In this document: positions 18,182 to 28,253 of the stretch, one piece after another | Layout of the letters: each line of letters opens with the position of its first letter | Numbering within the stretch: position 1 is the stretch's first letter | DNA from: Planctomycetota bacterium | Lineage (GTDB): Bacteria; Planctomycetota; PLA2; JAEUHO01 | Direction: 5' to 3' | Assembly (NCBI GenBank): GCA_965223505.1 | Contig: CBDCWP010000010.1 | Coordinates: 1 to 64,000 of the forward strand | DNA length: 64,000 nucleotides | The notes under the pieces: generated by a model | The model's input: only the letters and a program-made list of their open reading frames with translations | What the model was told of the DNA's origin: nothing | The model's database searches: none | Program-made: the position numbers and the translations under genes

Positions 18182-19420
18182 CTATCGCCGGCGAATGTTG
18201 TTGATGTCCGAGATCTTCAGGATCGGCAGCATGATGCTGATCACGATGAAGCCGACCACCAGCGCCATGGCCACGATCAGCAGCGGCTCGAGCAGGCTGG
18301 TCACCTTCTGGACCTGGATCTCGACCTCTTCGTCGTAGGCCAGGGCGACCTGCTCGAGCATGTTCTCGAGCTCGCCGCTCTGCTCGCCGACCGCGATCAT
18401 GTAGCCCACGACCGGCGGGAAGACGCCCGAGCGCTTGATCGGCGTGGCGATGTCGGCGCCCTCGACGATGCGGGTGGAGACGGTGTCCAGCACCCGCGCC
18501 AGGACGTCGTTGTTCACGATGTCCTTGACGATCTTCAGGGCCTCGAGGACGGGGACGCCGCTCTTGAGCAGCGTGCTCATGGAGATCGCGAACCGGCTGA
18601 CGGCGCTCTTGCGGAACAGCTCGCCGAGGACCGGGAGCTTCAGCTTGAACTTGTCCAGCCGGTAGCGGTACTCGGCGCTGCGCATGGCGACGCGGTGGGC
18701 GATCATCAGCCCGAGCAGCGCCATGACGAGGAACAGCCAGTTCCCGCCCAGAAAGTCGGCGCTGGTCTTCAGGATCTGCGTCGGGAGCGGGATCTTCTGC
18801 CCCGAGTTCTCGACGACCTTCATGATCTTCGGCACGACGAACGCCATCAGGATCACGACGATCACGATGCCGACGCAGATCATCACCAGGGGATAGGCCA
18901 GCGCCGCGCCGATCTTGTTGCGTAGCGCAGCCTGGCGCTGGAGATAGTCCGCCAGACGGTCGAGCACGAGGTCGAGCTGACCGGACGCTTCACCGGCCTT
19001 GACCATGTTCACGTACAGGTCCGTGAAGTACTCGGGGTGGTAGGCGAGCGACTCCGCGAAGCTCAAACCCTGCGTCAAGCGCTCGCGCACGTCGCGGAAG
19101 CAGGCCTCGATGTCGGGCACCTGGGCCTGCTCGATCAACGCCGACGTCGCCTGCGCGAGCGGAATGCCGGCCTTGAGCAGCGTGGCGAGCTGCCGCGTGT
19201 ACATCGGGATCTCGCCCTTGCCCTTCACGCCGCGCTTGAAGTCGAGGATCTTCTCCTTCTGCTTGTCGCGACGTACGGCACCGGCCCGCTGCGTGATCTC
19301 GGTGACCATCACGTTCTGCGCGCGCAGCTTGATCCGCGCCTCGCGCGGCGAGTCCGCATCGACGATGCCCGTCTTGGCCTTGCCGGCGGTGGTCAGACCT
19401 TTGTAGTTGAAGACCGGCAT
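18182..19420 (-). CDS. gspF: Type II secretion inner-membrane platform protein
   Basis: RQLATLLKAG, YVNMVKAGEASG, VGEQSGELE, LLEP. Confidence 0.93.
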   Translation of the reverse strand: MPVFNYKGLTTAGKAKTGIVDADSPREARIKLRAQNVMVTEITQRAGAVRRDKQKEKILDFKRGVKGKGEIPMYTRQLATLLKAGIPLAQATSALIEQAQVPDIEACFRDVRERLTQGLSFAESLAYHPEYFTDLYVNMVKAGEASGQLDLVLDRLADYLQRQAALRNKIGAALAYPLVMICVGIVIVVILMAFVVPKIMKVVENSGQKIPLPTQILKTSADFLGGNWLFLVMALLGLMIAHRVAMRSAEYRYRLDKFKLKLPVLGELFRKSAVSRFAISMSTLLKSGVPVLEALKIVKDIVNNDVLARVLDTVSTRIVEGADIATPIKRSGVFPPVVGYMIAVGEQSGELENMLEQVALAYDEEVEIQVQKVTSLLEPLLIVAMALVVGFIVISIMLPILKISDINNIRRR

Positions 19421-19429
19421 GTGCGCTCT

Positions 19430-21139
19430 TTAGACGATGTCCAGCTGCGTGACCCGCATCACCTCGTCGGGCGTGGTCTGGCCCATGACGACCTTCGCCG
19501 CGCCGTCCATGCGCAGCGTACGGAACCCGCGGTCGAGCGCGGAGCGCTTGATGGCGCTGGCGCTGGCGTGGTTGACGATCTGCTCGCGCACGGCGTCGTC
19601 GATCGGCAGGATCTCGTAGAGGCCGACGCGCTCCAGGTAGCCGCTGCCGAAGCAGTTGCCGCAGCCGCGGCCGCGGACGAGCTTGCCGTCGGTGAGCTGA
19701 TCCGGGTCGATCTTCAGCTCCTCGAGCTTCTCGAGATCCTCGGCGTCCGGATCCACCGCCTCGATGCAGTCCTGGCAGATGCGGCGCACGAGGCGCTGGG
19801 CGATGGCGACGACGACCGACGTGGCCACGAGGTAGGGCTCGATGCCGATGTCGAGCAGACGCGTGGTGACGGTGGGGGCGTCGTTCGTGTGAATCGTGCT
19901 GAAGACCAGGTGTCCGGTCTGCGCGGCCTGGATGGCGATGCGCGCCGTCTCCACGTCACGCACCTCACCGACCATCATGATGTCGGGGTCCTGACGCAGC
20001 AGGGAACGCAGGCCCGACGCGAACGTGAGCCCCTTCTTCTCGTTCACCTGGATCTGGCTGATCGCGTCGAGGTGGTACTCGATCGGATCCTCGATGGTCA
20101 TGACGTTCATGCGCACCGAGTTGATGCGGGTGAGCGCCGAGTAGAGTGTCGTGGTCTTACCCGAGCCGGTCGGACCCGAGACGAAGATGATGCCGTGGTT
20201 GTAGTGGATGAACCGGTCGATCATCTCCAGGTTGTCGTCCATGAGCCCGATCTCTTCGAGCGCGTACAGCCGGGCCGTCTTGTCGAGAAGACGCATGACG
20301 ATGCGCTCGCCGTTGTTGGTCGGCACGCTGGAGATACGCACGTCGACCTCGGCGTCGCCGAGCCGCAGCGATGCGCGGCCGTCCTGGGGGAGGCGGCGCT
20401 CGGCGATGTCCAGCTCGCCCATGACCTTGATGCGGCTGGTCACGGCGTCCTGCACCTTCTTCGGGATCGCCTCCATGTCGTACAGCACGCCGTCGATGCG
20501 GTACCGGACCTGCATCCGGTCCTCGAACGGCTGTAGGTGGATGTCCGAGGCGCGCATCTTCAGCGCCTGGAAGAACAGCATGTTGACGAGCTTGATGATC
20601 GGGGCCTTGTTGGCCACGTCGAGGATGTCCTCCGACGTGTCCACGACCTCCGCGAGCGACTCGAGGTCCTCGTCGTCGAAGTCGCCCATCGACTCCTCGA
20701 CGATGTCCTGCTTGTTTTTGTACGCCTTGTTGATGAGGCTCGTGATCTCGGTGCGCGGCGCCAGGACCGGATCGAGCTCGAGGTCGAGCATGGAGGCCAG
20801 GTCGTCCATCGGATACGCGTCGAAGGGCGACGCCGTCGCGACCTTCATCGTGCCGTTGGACTGCTCGATGCCGACGAGGTAGTAGTTGCGCGCGAACTGG
20901 ACGGGGATCTTGTCCACGAACGCCGCCGGCACGGCCCGCTGGTTGAGGTTTTCCTCGTAGGGCATGGCCAGGCCCTCGGACATGGCCTTCAGCAGGTCGT
21001 GCTCGGACAGGAAGCCTTTCGAGAGCAGGACCTTGTCCAGCGCCCAGCCGGTCTCGCGCTCGGACTCCAGCGCCTGCTCGAGCTGCTCGTCGGTCAGTAG
21101 GTTCTGCTTGCGTAGCGTACGGATCAGCGGATTTTCCAC
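19430..21139 (-). CDS. gspE: Type II secretion ATPase
   Basis: ASDIHLQP, GPTGSGKTTT, TIEDPIE, LRQDPD..MVGE, CxxC pairs. Confidence 0.95.
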   Translation of the reverse strand: MENPLIRTLRKQNLLTDEQLEQALESERETGWALDKVLLSKGFLSEHDLLKAMSEGLAMPYEENLNQRAVPAAFVDKIPVQFARNYYLVGIEQSNGTMKVATASPFDAYPMDDLASMLDLELDPVLAPRTEITSLINKAYKNKQDIVEESMGDFDDEDLESLAEVVDTSEDILDVANKAPIIKLVNMLFFQALKMRASDIHLQPFEDRMQVRYRIDGVLYDMEAIPKKVQDAVTSRIKVMGELDIAERRLPQDGRASLRLGDAEVDVRISSVPTNNGERIVMRLLDKTARLYALEEIGLMDDNLEMIDRFIHYNHGIIFVSGPTGSGKTTTLYSALTRINSVRMNVMTIEDPIEYHLDAISQIQVNEKKGLTFASGLRSLLRQDPDIMMVGEVRDVETARIAIQAAQTGHLVFSTIHTNDAPTVTTRLLDIGIEPYLVATSVVVAIAQRLVRRICQDCIEAVDPDAEDLEKLEELKIDPDQLTDGKLVRGRGCGNCFGSGYLERVGLYEILPIDDAVREQIVNHASASAIKRSALDRGFRTLRMDGAAKVVMGQTTPDEVMRVTQLDIV

Positions 21140-21224
21140 GTGGACATCCTACTGGCCGTCAAAGCCCCGACCAGCATCCGGTGCGGGGGCTCGCAGGCCT
21201 CGTCGTGCGATTCGAGCGGAGCGG

Positions 21225-23564
21225 TTACTTCCCGCGGGTGAGCGCAGCCTTGCGGGCGGCCTTCTCGGCCTCGAGACGCTGCTTGCTCACGTTGTGGAAG
21301 CGCGTGTACTCCAGAGCGCCGATCCGCTCGAGGCGGTCCGAGGCGCTGCCCGAGCCGCGCACGGCGCCCGGCCGACACGGGCCGAAGCGCCCGGACGCCG
21401 GATCCGCGGTGTCGCAGCCCACGAAGTTCGAGTTGTAGATCTCCGTGGTGCCGATCAACTCGTCGGCCTTCTGCTTGCGCTTGCAGCTTTCCTCGTCGTA
21501 CGTGTCGAAGCCGGCGGCGTCGCCCGTCATGATCGTCGGGGTCACGAACAAGAAGAGGCTGGTCTCGCGGTCGCTCTTGCTGGTGCTCTGGAAGAGCTCA
21601 CCGAGCAGGGGCAGGTCCGCGAGGATGGGCGTGCGGTCGACCGTGCTCTGCTGGTTGCGGCCCATCAGACCGCCCAGGACCACCGTGTGGCGGTCGGGGC
21701 AGGTGACGACCGTCGAGAGACGGCGCGTGATCTTGTCGGCCGGGATGACCGTGCTCGGACCCACCTGGCGCGGCTCGCCGGCGAAGGCCGAGACCTCGAG
21801 CTCGATGTTGAGCAGCAGGTGCAGGTCGTCGGCGATGTGGGGCGAGATGCGCAGCGTCGTGCCCGCTTCCTCGAACCCGCCGAACCCGCCTGTGGTCGTG
21901 CCGCCGGTGGTCGTCGTGCTCTGCGTCGTCGACTGCTGGTCCTTGACCTCGATGAACGCTTCCTCGTTGTCCGCCGTGACGATGCTCGGCAGCTGGAGGA
22001 TGCGGGTGCGGCTGATCGTGTTCAGCACGTTGAAGATCAGCGGGACCTGGCCGAACGCGAAGATGCCGCCCACCAGGCCGGTGGGGGGATCGTTGGCGTC
22101 GCTGTCCACGAAGGGCGGGATGCGATCCGTGAAGAACGTGTCGCCGTCCTTGTCCGCGAACGTGGTCAGGCCGTACTGCGTGCCGCCGAAGCCGGAGACC
22201 TCGTCGTTGTTGACCAGGCCGTTCGGGTCGGCGAGGCCCAGCTCGACGGACAGCCGGTAGGCGTCGTCCAAGGACAGCTCGATGAGCGCCGCCTCGATCA
22301 GCACCTGCGACTTCTTGATGTCGATCTCTTCGATGATGCGCTTGATCTGCTCGAACTGCCGTTCGGTGGCCGCGATGATCAGGCTGTTGCTCTTGATGTC
22401 GGCCACGACCGCGGGCTTCTCTTCGTCGCGGACGTCACCGCCGTCGCCGCCGCGCGGGGTCGGCCGGCCGCCGGGGCGGTTGTTCGCGCCGGCGCCGCCG
22501 GTGCCGCTCGCCGAGCCGAACAGGCTCGTGGCCTCGATCAGCGAGCTGATCACCTCGGCCGTCTCCTCCGCTTCGAGGTTCTTGAGGCGGATGACGTGCA
22601 CGATCGAGGTGCGGATGTAGATCGGGACGTCCAGGTGATCGACGACCTTGCGGATCTCGGCGATGTCCTGGCGCGTGCCGTAGACGATGATCTGGTTCGT
22701 GCGCACGTCGGAGATGATGCGCGGCTCCGGGTCTTCCTGGACGGAGCTGCTCGGCTGGTTGCCGCGCGGCGTGGGGCGGGCGCCGCCGGCGACGCGGTCG
22801 CGGCCCGTGAAGAGGTCCGTGAGGATCGGCTCGATCTCGTCCGAGGTCGCGTGCTCCAGCAGGATGTACTCGGAGGTGACCTCCTTGCCCTCCGGCTTGA
22901 CGTCCATGGACTTGAGCAGGTTGTAGATCGCGACGACGTTGGGGGCGAAGTCGGTGATCACGAACGCCTTGGCGTCCGGCACCTCGGTCACGTTGCCGAT
23001 GTTCTGGCCGGTGACGACGCGGGTGAGCGCGTTGCGGGCGTTGCGCAGGTCGCTCATGTTCTCGACGCGGATCGTCGTCGTGATGTACATGCCGTCCGCG
23101 TTCTTGAAGGAGTTGACGTTTTCGTCGGAGAGCTCCACGTAGGTGGCCTTGAGCTTGAGGATCGACGTCGTGCGGCGGGCGTCCATGACGAGCTGGACCT
23201 GATAGTCCTCGGGGCCGACCGGGATCATGACGAGCTCGTAGAAGGTCAGAAGCGCGCGCACGACCGAGAACAGCTGGCTCTTCGGCGCCTCGAGGTTCAG
23301 CGCGCCGATGATCTCCTTGCCGCGGATCTGCTTGTCCTGGGGGTCCCAGACCAGCGGGGTTTCCGTGACCTTGCCGACCGCCTTCAGGAAGTCCTCGACC
23401 TGCACGCTCTCCTGGAGGGCGATCTTGACCGTGGGATCATCGGCGTTCACGTCGCCGTCGTCGGTGGGCAGCAGCGCGCCCGGCGTCAGCAGCAGAACGG
23501 CCGCTACGGTGCACGCGACGACCAGACCCAGGAGCCGCCACTTCGTCTTGTTCGATGTACGCAT
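21225..23564 (-). CDS. gspD: Type II secretion secretin
   Basis: N-domain repeats, QVLIEA.LIE, P.L.DLPLLGELF, LFLFVTPTI. Confidence 0.9.
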   Translation of the reverse strand: MRTSNKTKWRLLGLVVACTVAAVLLLTPGALLPTDDGDVNADDPTVKIALQESVQVEDFLKAVGKVTETPLVWDPQDKQIRGKEIIGALNLEAPKSQLFSVVRALLTFYELVMIPVGPEDYQVQLVMDARRTTSILKLKATYVELSDENVNSFKNADGMYITTTIRVENMSDLRNARNALTRVVTGQNIGNVTEVPDAKAFVITDFAPNVVAIYNLLKSMDVKPEGKEVTSEYILLEHATSDEIEPILTDLFTGRDRVAGGARPTPRGNQPSSSVQEDPEPRIISDVRTNQIIVYGTRQDIAEIRKVVDHLDVPIYIRTSIVHVIRLKNLEAEETAEVISSLIEATSLFGSASGTGGAGANNRPGGRPTPRGGDGGDVRDEEKPAVVADIKSNSLIIAATERQFEQIKRIIEEIDIKKSQVLIEAALIELSLDDAYRLSVELGLADPNGLVNNDEVSGFGGTQYGLTTFADKDGDTFFTDRIPPFVDSDANDPPTGLVGGIFAFGQVPLIFNVLNTISRTRILQLPSIVTADNEEAFIEVKDQQSTTQSTTTTGGTTTGGFGGFEEAGTTLRISPHIADDLHLLLNIELEVSAFAGEPRQVGPSTVIPADKITRRLSTVVTCPDRHTVVLGGLMGRNQQSTVDRTPILADLPLLGELFQSTSKSDRETSLFLFVTPTIMTGDAAGFDTYDEESCKRKQKADELIGTTEIYNSNFVGCDTADPASGRFGPCRPGAVRGSGSASDRLERIGALEYTRFHNVSKQRLEAEKAARKAALTRGK

Positions 23565-23932
23565 CGTCTCACCGTCTCTCCTGCCCGATGGCCGCGCCCG
23601 CCGCGGCTCGAGCACCGATGGGACGGCCCCAACCGTCCCGCCTTCTGCCTGTCTGTATATCGGCCTGAAATCAGGCCTCTCCTACGCTCCGTGGAGGATT
23701 GTCAGGGGCCGGAAATCGGGGGCCAACCCCTGTCAGTCGCCCTCCGAACGGATGTAAGGCGCCGGGTTCTTGGACGTTTCCCCCGTGGACACTCTTTCCT
23801 TGGGCCTGGGCGGCAAACCGGTGTTCGTGTCCGAAACCCGGGAGAACCCGGTTTTCGTTTCACCGTTCTGTCACATCGCGCCGGCGGGTCCGGCGCCCGG
23901 CGGCAGATCGGGAGCGTAGGGCGGCGTGCTTC

Positions 23933-23960
23933 TTGACCCGACCCGGCGCGGGCGTACTCT
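23933..23960 (+). promoter_or_regulatory. Sigma70-like promoter of rpsU
   Basis: TTGACC-N16-TACTCT about 70 nt upstream of rpsU. Confidence 0.5.
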
Positions 23961-24029
23961 TTCCCGTTCGGCACTCGTTTCGGGCACAGGACCGAGAACG
24001 GGGCCGCGACCCCCAGGAGAGATCACTTC

Positions 24030-24242
24030 ATGGCCGTACGAGTCCAGGCGAAGGCCAACGAACCGTTGGAGAAGACGCTGCGCCGTCTGCGCAAGCTCTG
24101 CAACAACGAGGGCATCACCCGCGAGCTCAAGCGGCACGCCTACTACGAGAAGCCGAGCGAGCGCAAGCGCCGGAAGAGCCGTGAGCGCCTGAAGACCATC
24201 CGCCTCGCGCATAAAGCCATGGAGATGCTCGCCGGCAACTAG
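24030..24242 (+). CDS. rpsU: 30S ribosomal protein S21
   Basis: LEKTLRRLRK..EGITRELKRHAYYEKPSERKR; AGGAG RBS. Confidence 0.95.
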   Translation: MAVRVQAKANEPLEKTLRRLRKLCNNEGITRELKRHAYYEKPSERKRRKSRERLKTIRLAHKAMEMLAGN

Positions 24243-24444
24243 TCGCCCCACCGGATGCTCGCCATCGCTTTGGCATCTGCTCCTCGAGTGGCAGCCCACG
24301 AGTCGTCGCAGATGCCTACGCGCTGGCTTCGCCCCGATGGCTCGACTGCAGGAGCACCTCTTAGGAACGGAACACGAGGACCAGAACGGACGGGTTTCGG
24401 CCTAGGTCTTTCCCGCCGCACGGCATCTAGCTAGGGTTCGATCG

Positions 24445-27400
24445 ATGAGCCCGAGACCCGACGTCAGCATTGGAACCGGGTCCCGGGCTTTTCTCGTGTC
24501 CGCGTTCTTCGCGTCCGGCGCCGTGGGGTTGGCGTACGAGGTCGCCTGGAGCCGCGCGCTCCTGCTGCTGCTCGGATCGACCGCGACCGCATCGGCGATC
24601 GTGCTCGGCGTCTTCGTCGGCGCCCTCGGGCTCGGCGCGCGCTGGGGCGGCGTCCAGGCCGAACGCAGCGAACGGCCGCTGCGGTTGTACGGCATCTTCG
24701 AGATCGCCGCCGCCGCGCTGGCGCTCTTGTCCCTCCCGTTGATCTCGCTGCTCGAGACCCCGTACGTTTCGATCGCGACCGGAACGGGCGAGGTCGTTCG
24801 CCTGGTCCTGCGCATCGTCGTCGCCACGATCGTCGTGGCGCCGGCCGCGTTTCTGCTCGGCGCGACGTTGCCCGCGATGGTGCGTCACTGGGTGCAGGCA
24901 CGCGGCGGCGCCGGCCGCGGCACCGCGTGGCTCTACGGCGTCAACACCGTCGGCGCGGTGCTGGGGTGTCTCTGGACGGGGTTCAGCGGCATCGAGGCGT
25001 TCGGCATCGACGGCGTGCTGCGCGTGGCGGCCGGCGCCGGCGTCGTCATCGGCGTGCTCGCCTTGTCCGTGGCGGCGCGCGGCCCTGCCCGTTCGGTCGG
25101 GTCCGACGCGGCATCTTCGGTGTCGGCGGTTTCGAAGGAAGCGCTCTGGCTCGCGTTCGTCTGTGGGTTCATCGGTCTGTCGATCGAGGTGCTGGGCTTC
25201 CGCATCCTCGTGTTCTTCGTCGAGGGCTTCACCGTCACGTTCACCGCGATGCTGGGGGTGTTCATCGCCGGCCTCGGCATCGGCAGCCTCGTGCTCGGCC
25301 CCTGGATGGCGCGCACGCAGCGACCGCGGCGCCTGCTGGGCGTACTTCTGCTCGTCGACGGCGTCGTGCTCGTGATCGCGCTGTTCGGCATCGTGCCGAA
25401 CCTCGAAGACGTGATGCGCGACATCAAGGCGAGCGCGTACGCGGGGGCGGGGACCCAGGCGCAGATCAACGCGGCCCTGCGGCAGAGCTCGCTCCTGGGA
25501 TCCGCGTTGCTGCTGTTCGTGCCGGCACTGCTGATGGGGCCGACGTTCTCGCTGTGCGTGCGCTTCACGGAGCTTCGCGGCGCCGACCCGGCCATCGCGG
25601 TGGGCCGTACCTACCTGGGCAACGCGCTCGGCAGCGTGACGGCGCCGCTCGTCATGACCTTCGGCATCGTGCCGTGGCTTGGCGTGTTGGGCGCGTGGGA
25701 GGCGGTCACGGTTCTCACGCTCGCAGCGGGCATCGTCCTCTGCGTGGTCGTTCCGCGCTTGCGCGACGAGCAGCGCAGCGCGTTGTCGTCGGCGGTTGCG
25801 TGGGTCGGCGTGGTCGTCGCGGCCGCGCTGGTGCACATCACCAACGCGACCGGCACGAGCACGCGCGACCTCGTCGAAGCCAGCGTGGTGCTGCACGACC
25901 GGCCCGATCGCAGGTTGGTCGACACCGCGACCGACGCCGTCACGACCGCCAGCGTCGTCGAGACCCGCACGGGCGAGCGCTATCTCTACACCGACGACTT
26001 TGCGGCCGCGGCGACCGGTCGCTACTACCGCTACATGCGCATGCTCGGGCACCTGCCCGCGCTGTTGTCCGACCGCGCGGAGAACGCGATGGTCATCGCC
26101 TTCGGCACGGGCACCACGGCGGGCGCGGTCGCGCGACACGAATCCGTGAAGCGCATGGAGGTCGTCGAGGTCAGCCCTGCCGTGCTGGAGCTGGCCGACT
26201 ACTTCGGCGAGGCGAATCGCTACGTGCTTCGCGACCCGCGCACGGTCAAGGTGCTGGACGACGGGCGCAACGCGTTGCTGCTGCACGAGGCCGACCTCGA
26301 CATCATCACGCTCGAGCCGCTGATGCCCTACAGCCCGGCCGGCTTGCCCTTCTACACGAAGGAGTTCTACGAACTGGCGAAGTCGCGGATGCGCGAAGGC
26401 GGCGTCGTCTGCCAGTGGGTGCCGGTGCACGCGATGCAGGCGGATCTGTACGCCGCGTTCGTGCGCACCTTCTTCGAGGTGTTTCCGGAGGGCTCGCTCT
26501 GGTTCTTCGAGCAGTCCACGGCGCTCATCGGCCGCAAGGGAACGGCGCAGCCCGACGCGGCGACGCTCGCGGCGCGCATGGAAGCGCCGGACGTGCGCGC
26601 CGATCTGGTGGAGGCGGGGTTCACGACGCCGTGGATGTTCGCGTCGGGCTTCGTGGCGCGGGGCGCGGACGTGCTCGCCGCGCCGCCGCTTCCGGACGAC
26701 AGGTATGCCGGGCGGCCGGTGCGCGACCGCGATCCGTATCCCGAGTTCCAGCCGACGCCGCGCGCGTCGCTCAACACGCGCTATCTCACCGACACGCTGG
26801 GGTGGCTCTGGAATCTCGTGGAGCCGACCAAGGTGCCGACGGATCTCGCGTGGTGGCCGCCGGAAGGGGATCCGCCGTTCCGTCGCGGCACGAAGCTCGG
26901 GCTCGAGGCGCGCGGCCATCAGGCGCGCGCGGAGTACATGGCCGTGGGCGCGCGCTCGCTCGCGCCGCAGGCGCGCGCCGACCGTCTCGCGGGGATCCTG
27001 CAGGACTACGACACGGCGGCCGAGCGCTATCTCGAGGCCACCGTGTCGGTGCCGGGAGACCGCGTGTTGAAGCGGCGCCGCGTGACCGCGCTGCGCTCCG
27101 CGGCATACATTCGCATCGAGATGGCATTGCTCGCAGCGAACCTTGCCAAACGTCGCGGCGAGACGGGGGAGCGCGAGCGCTGGCTGCGGCAGGCGGAGGG
27201 GCTCGCGCGACGCATCCTGCCGCCCTTGCTGCCGGACCCGGAGCCCGAAGCCACGGACATCCACGTCGCCGCGCAGCTGCACGCGCGCACCCTCTTGATG
27301 CTGGGCCGCTGCGACGAGGCCCTCGCGGTTCTTCGGCGTGTGACGAACGTGCTGCCGCCGCCGAAGACGGGGCCTCATCCGTTGAAGGACCTGACGGACG

Positions 27401-28074
27401 CCGTCCAGTCGTACGTCGACGGCGGTTCGCGCGCCGTGCCGCCGCGTTGGAAGGCGTTCTTCGCCGACGCCGCGCCGTGCCGCGAGGAGGGCCTCGCACC
27501 GGTGAAGAGCGAGTGGGAGGCGCTGCAGCACGCCTGGGAGAGCGCATCGCGGTTCGAGGCGATTCGCGGGCGCGGGCGCGTCTTCGTGCAGGCGGCGCTG
27601 CGCGAGGGCGTACGTGACGCGGCGGCCGGGTCCGTGCGCGGGCTCCCGCCGGGGCCGGACGTGGCGTACCGCGCGCTCAAGGCGGTGATGCTCGCGCAAC
27701 TCGACGCGGCGGACGTGACGCTTCGCGATCTGTTGCGCGAGCCGGACGACGCCGCGTGCGCGGCGGCGCTGCGCGAGGTGGCGGACGCGAACCTGCTTCA
27801 CCGCTACATGGACGACGTCGACCAATTGTATGCACGCTCGTCACCGGATGTGGCGTTGGCGCTCGCCAAGGCGGCGGCGCAGGACACGAAACAGCGGTTC
27901 GACTGCTTGTTGGTCGAGATGCTGATGCACCGCGAGGTGGGGGTTCGCAAGGAGGCGGTGACGCGCTTGTTCACGCGCGCGGACGACGTGCTCGAGGACT
28001 ACGACCACGCCGCGCCGGCGTCCGAGCGCCGTCCGATCTACGAAGCGGTCAAGAAGCGCTTCAACTGTCCGTAG
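24445..28074 (+). CDS. Fused multi-TM / spermidine synthase-like SAM-fold protein with long helical C-terminal extension
   Basis: SGAVGLAYEVAWSR, LYGVNTVG TM repeats; IAFGTGTT, VEVSP, DDGRN methyltransferase-fold motifs. Confidence 0.85.
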   Translation: MSPRPDVSIGTGSRAFLVSAFFASGAVGLAYEVAWSRALLLLLGSTATASAIVLGVFVGALGLGARWGGVQAERSERPLRLYGIFEIAAAALALLSLPLISLLETPYVSIATGTGEVVRLVLRIVVATIVVAPAAFLLGATLPAMVRHWVQARGGAGRGTAWLYGVNTVGAVLGCLWTGFSGIEAFGIDGVLRVAAGAGVVIGVLALSVAARGPARSVGSDAASSVSAVSKEALWLAFVCGFIGLSIEVLGFRILVFFVEGFTVTFTAMLGVFIAGLGIGSLVLGPWMARTQRPRRLLGVLLLVDGVVLVIALFGIVPNLEDVMRDIKASAYAGAGTQAQINAALRQSSLLGSALLLFVPALLMGPTFSLCVRFTELRGADPAIAVGRTYLGNALGSVTAPLVMTFGIVPWLGVLGAWEAVTVLTLAAGIVLCVVVPRLRDEQRSALSSAVAWVGVVVAAALVHITNATGTSTRDLVEASVVLHDRPDRRLVDTATDAVTTASVVETRTGERYLYTDDFAAAATGRYYRYMRMLGHLPALLSDRAENAMVIAFGTGTTAGAVARHESVKRMEVVEVSPAVLELADYFGEANRYVLRDPRTVKVLDDGRNALLLHEADLDIITLEPLMPYSPAGLPFYTKEFYELAKSRMREGGVVCQWVPVHAMQADLYAAFVRTFFEVFPEGSLWFFEQSTALIGRKGTAQPDAATLAARMEAPDVRADLVEAGFTTPWMFASGFVARGADVLAAPPLPDDRYAGRPVRDRDPYPEFQPTPRASLNTRYLTDTLGWLWNLVEPTKVPTDLAWWPPEGDPPFRRGTKLGLEARGHQARAEYMAVGARSLAPQARADRLAGILQDYDTAAERYLEATVSVPGDRVLKRRRVTALRSAAYIRIEMALLAANLAKRRGETGERERWLRQAEGLARRILPPLLPDPEPEATDIHVAAQLHARTLLMLGRCDEALAVLRRVTNVLPPPKTGPHPLKDLTDAVQSYVDGGSRAVPPRWKAFFADAAPCREEGLAPVKSEWEALQHAWESASRFEAIRGRGRVFVQAALREGVRDAAAGSVRGLPPGPDVAYRALKAVMLAQLDAADVTLRDLLREPDDAACAAALREVADANLLHRYMDDVDQLYARSSPDVALALAKAAAQDTKQRFDCLLVEMLMHREVGVRKEAVTRLFTRADDVLEDYDHAAPASERRPIYEAVKKRFNCP

Positions 28075-28253
28075 GAGCGCGCGGCGAACATCGTCTCATC
28101 GACGGCCGGGCCGGCCGCCGACCGCCTCGGATCTCGTCCCAAAGCCCTGAACCAGCGCGAAAACACCCACTTCAGGACGCCTGCAATCCCTGGGTCCGGC
28201 GGCGGGGCCGGAGTAGAAACCAGGCCCTGGCAGGTGAGGGAGGGCGTTCCCAC

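Noticed and set aside
20964..27825. Very long alternative-frame ORFs (e.g. 20964-23936 +, 24427-27825 -, 24927-27617 +)
   Set aside because: Shadow ORFs of high-GC coding sequence overlapping well-supported genes; no recognisable motifs
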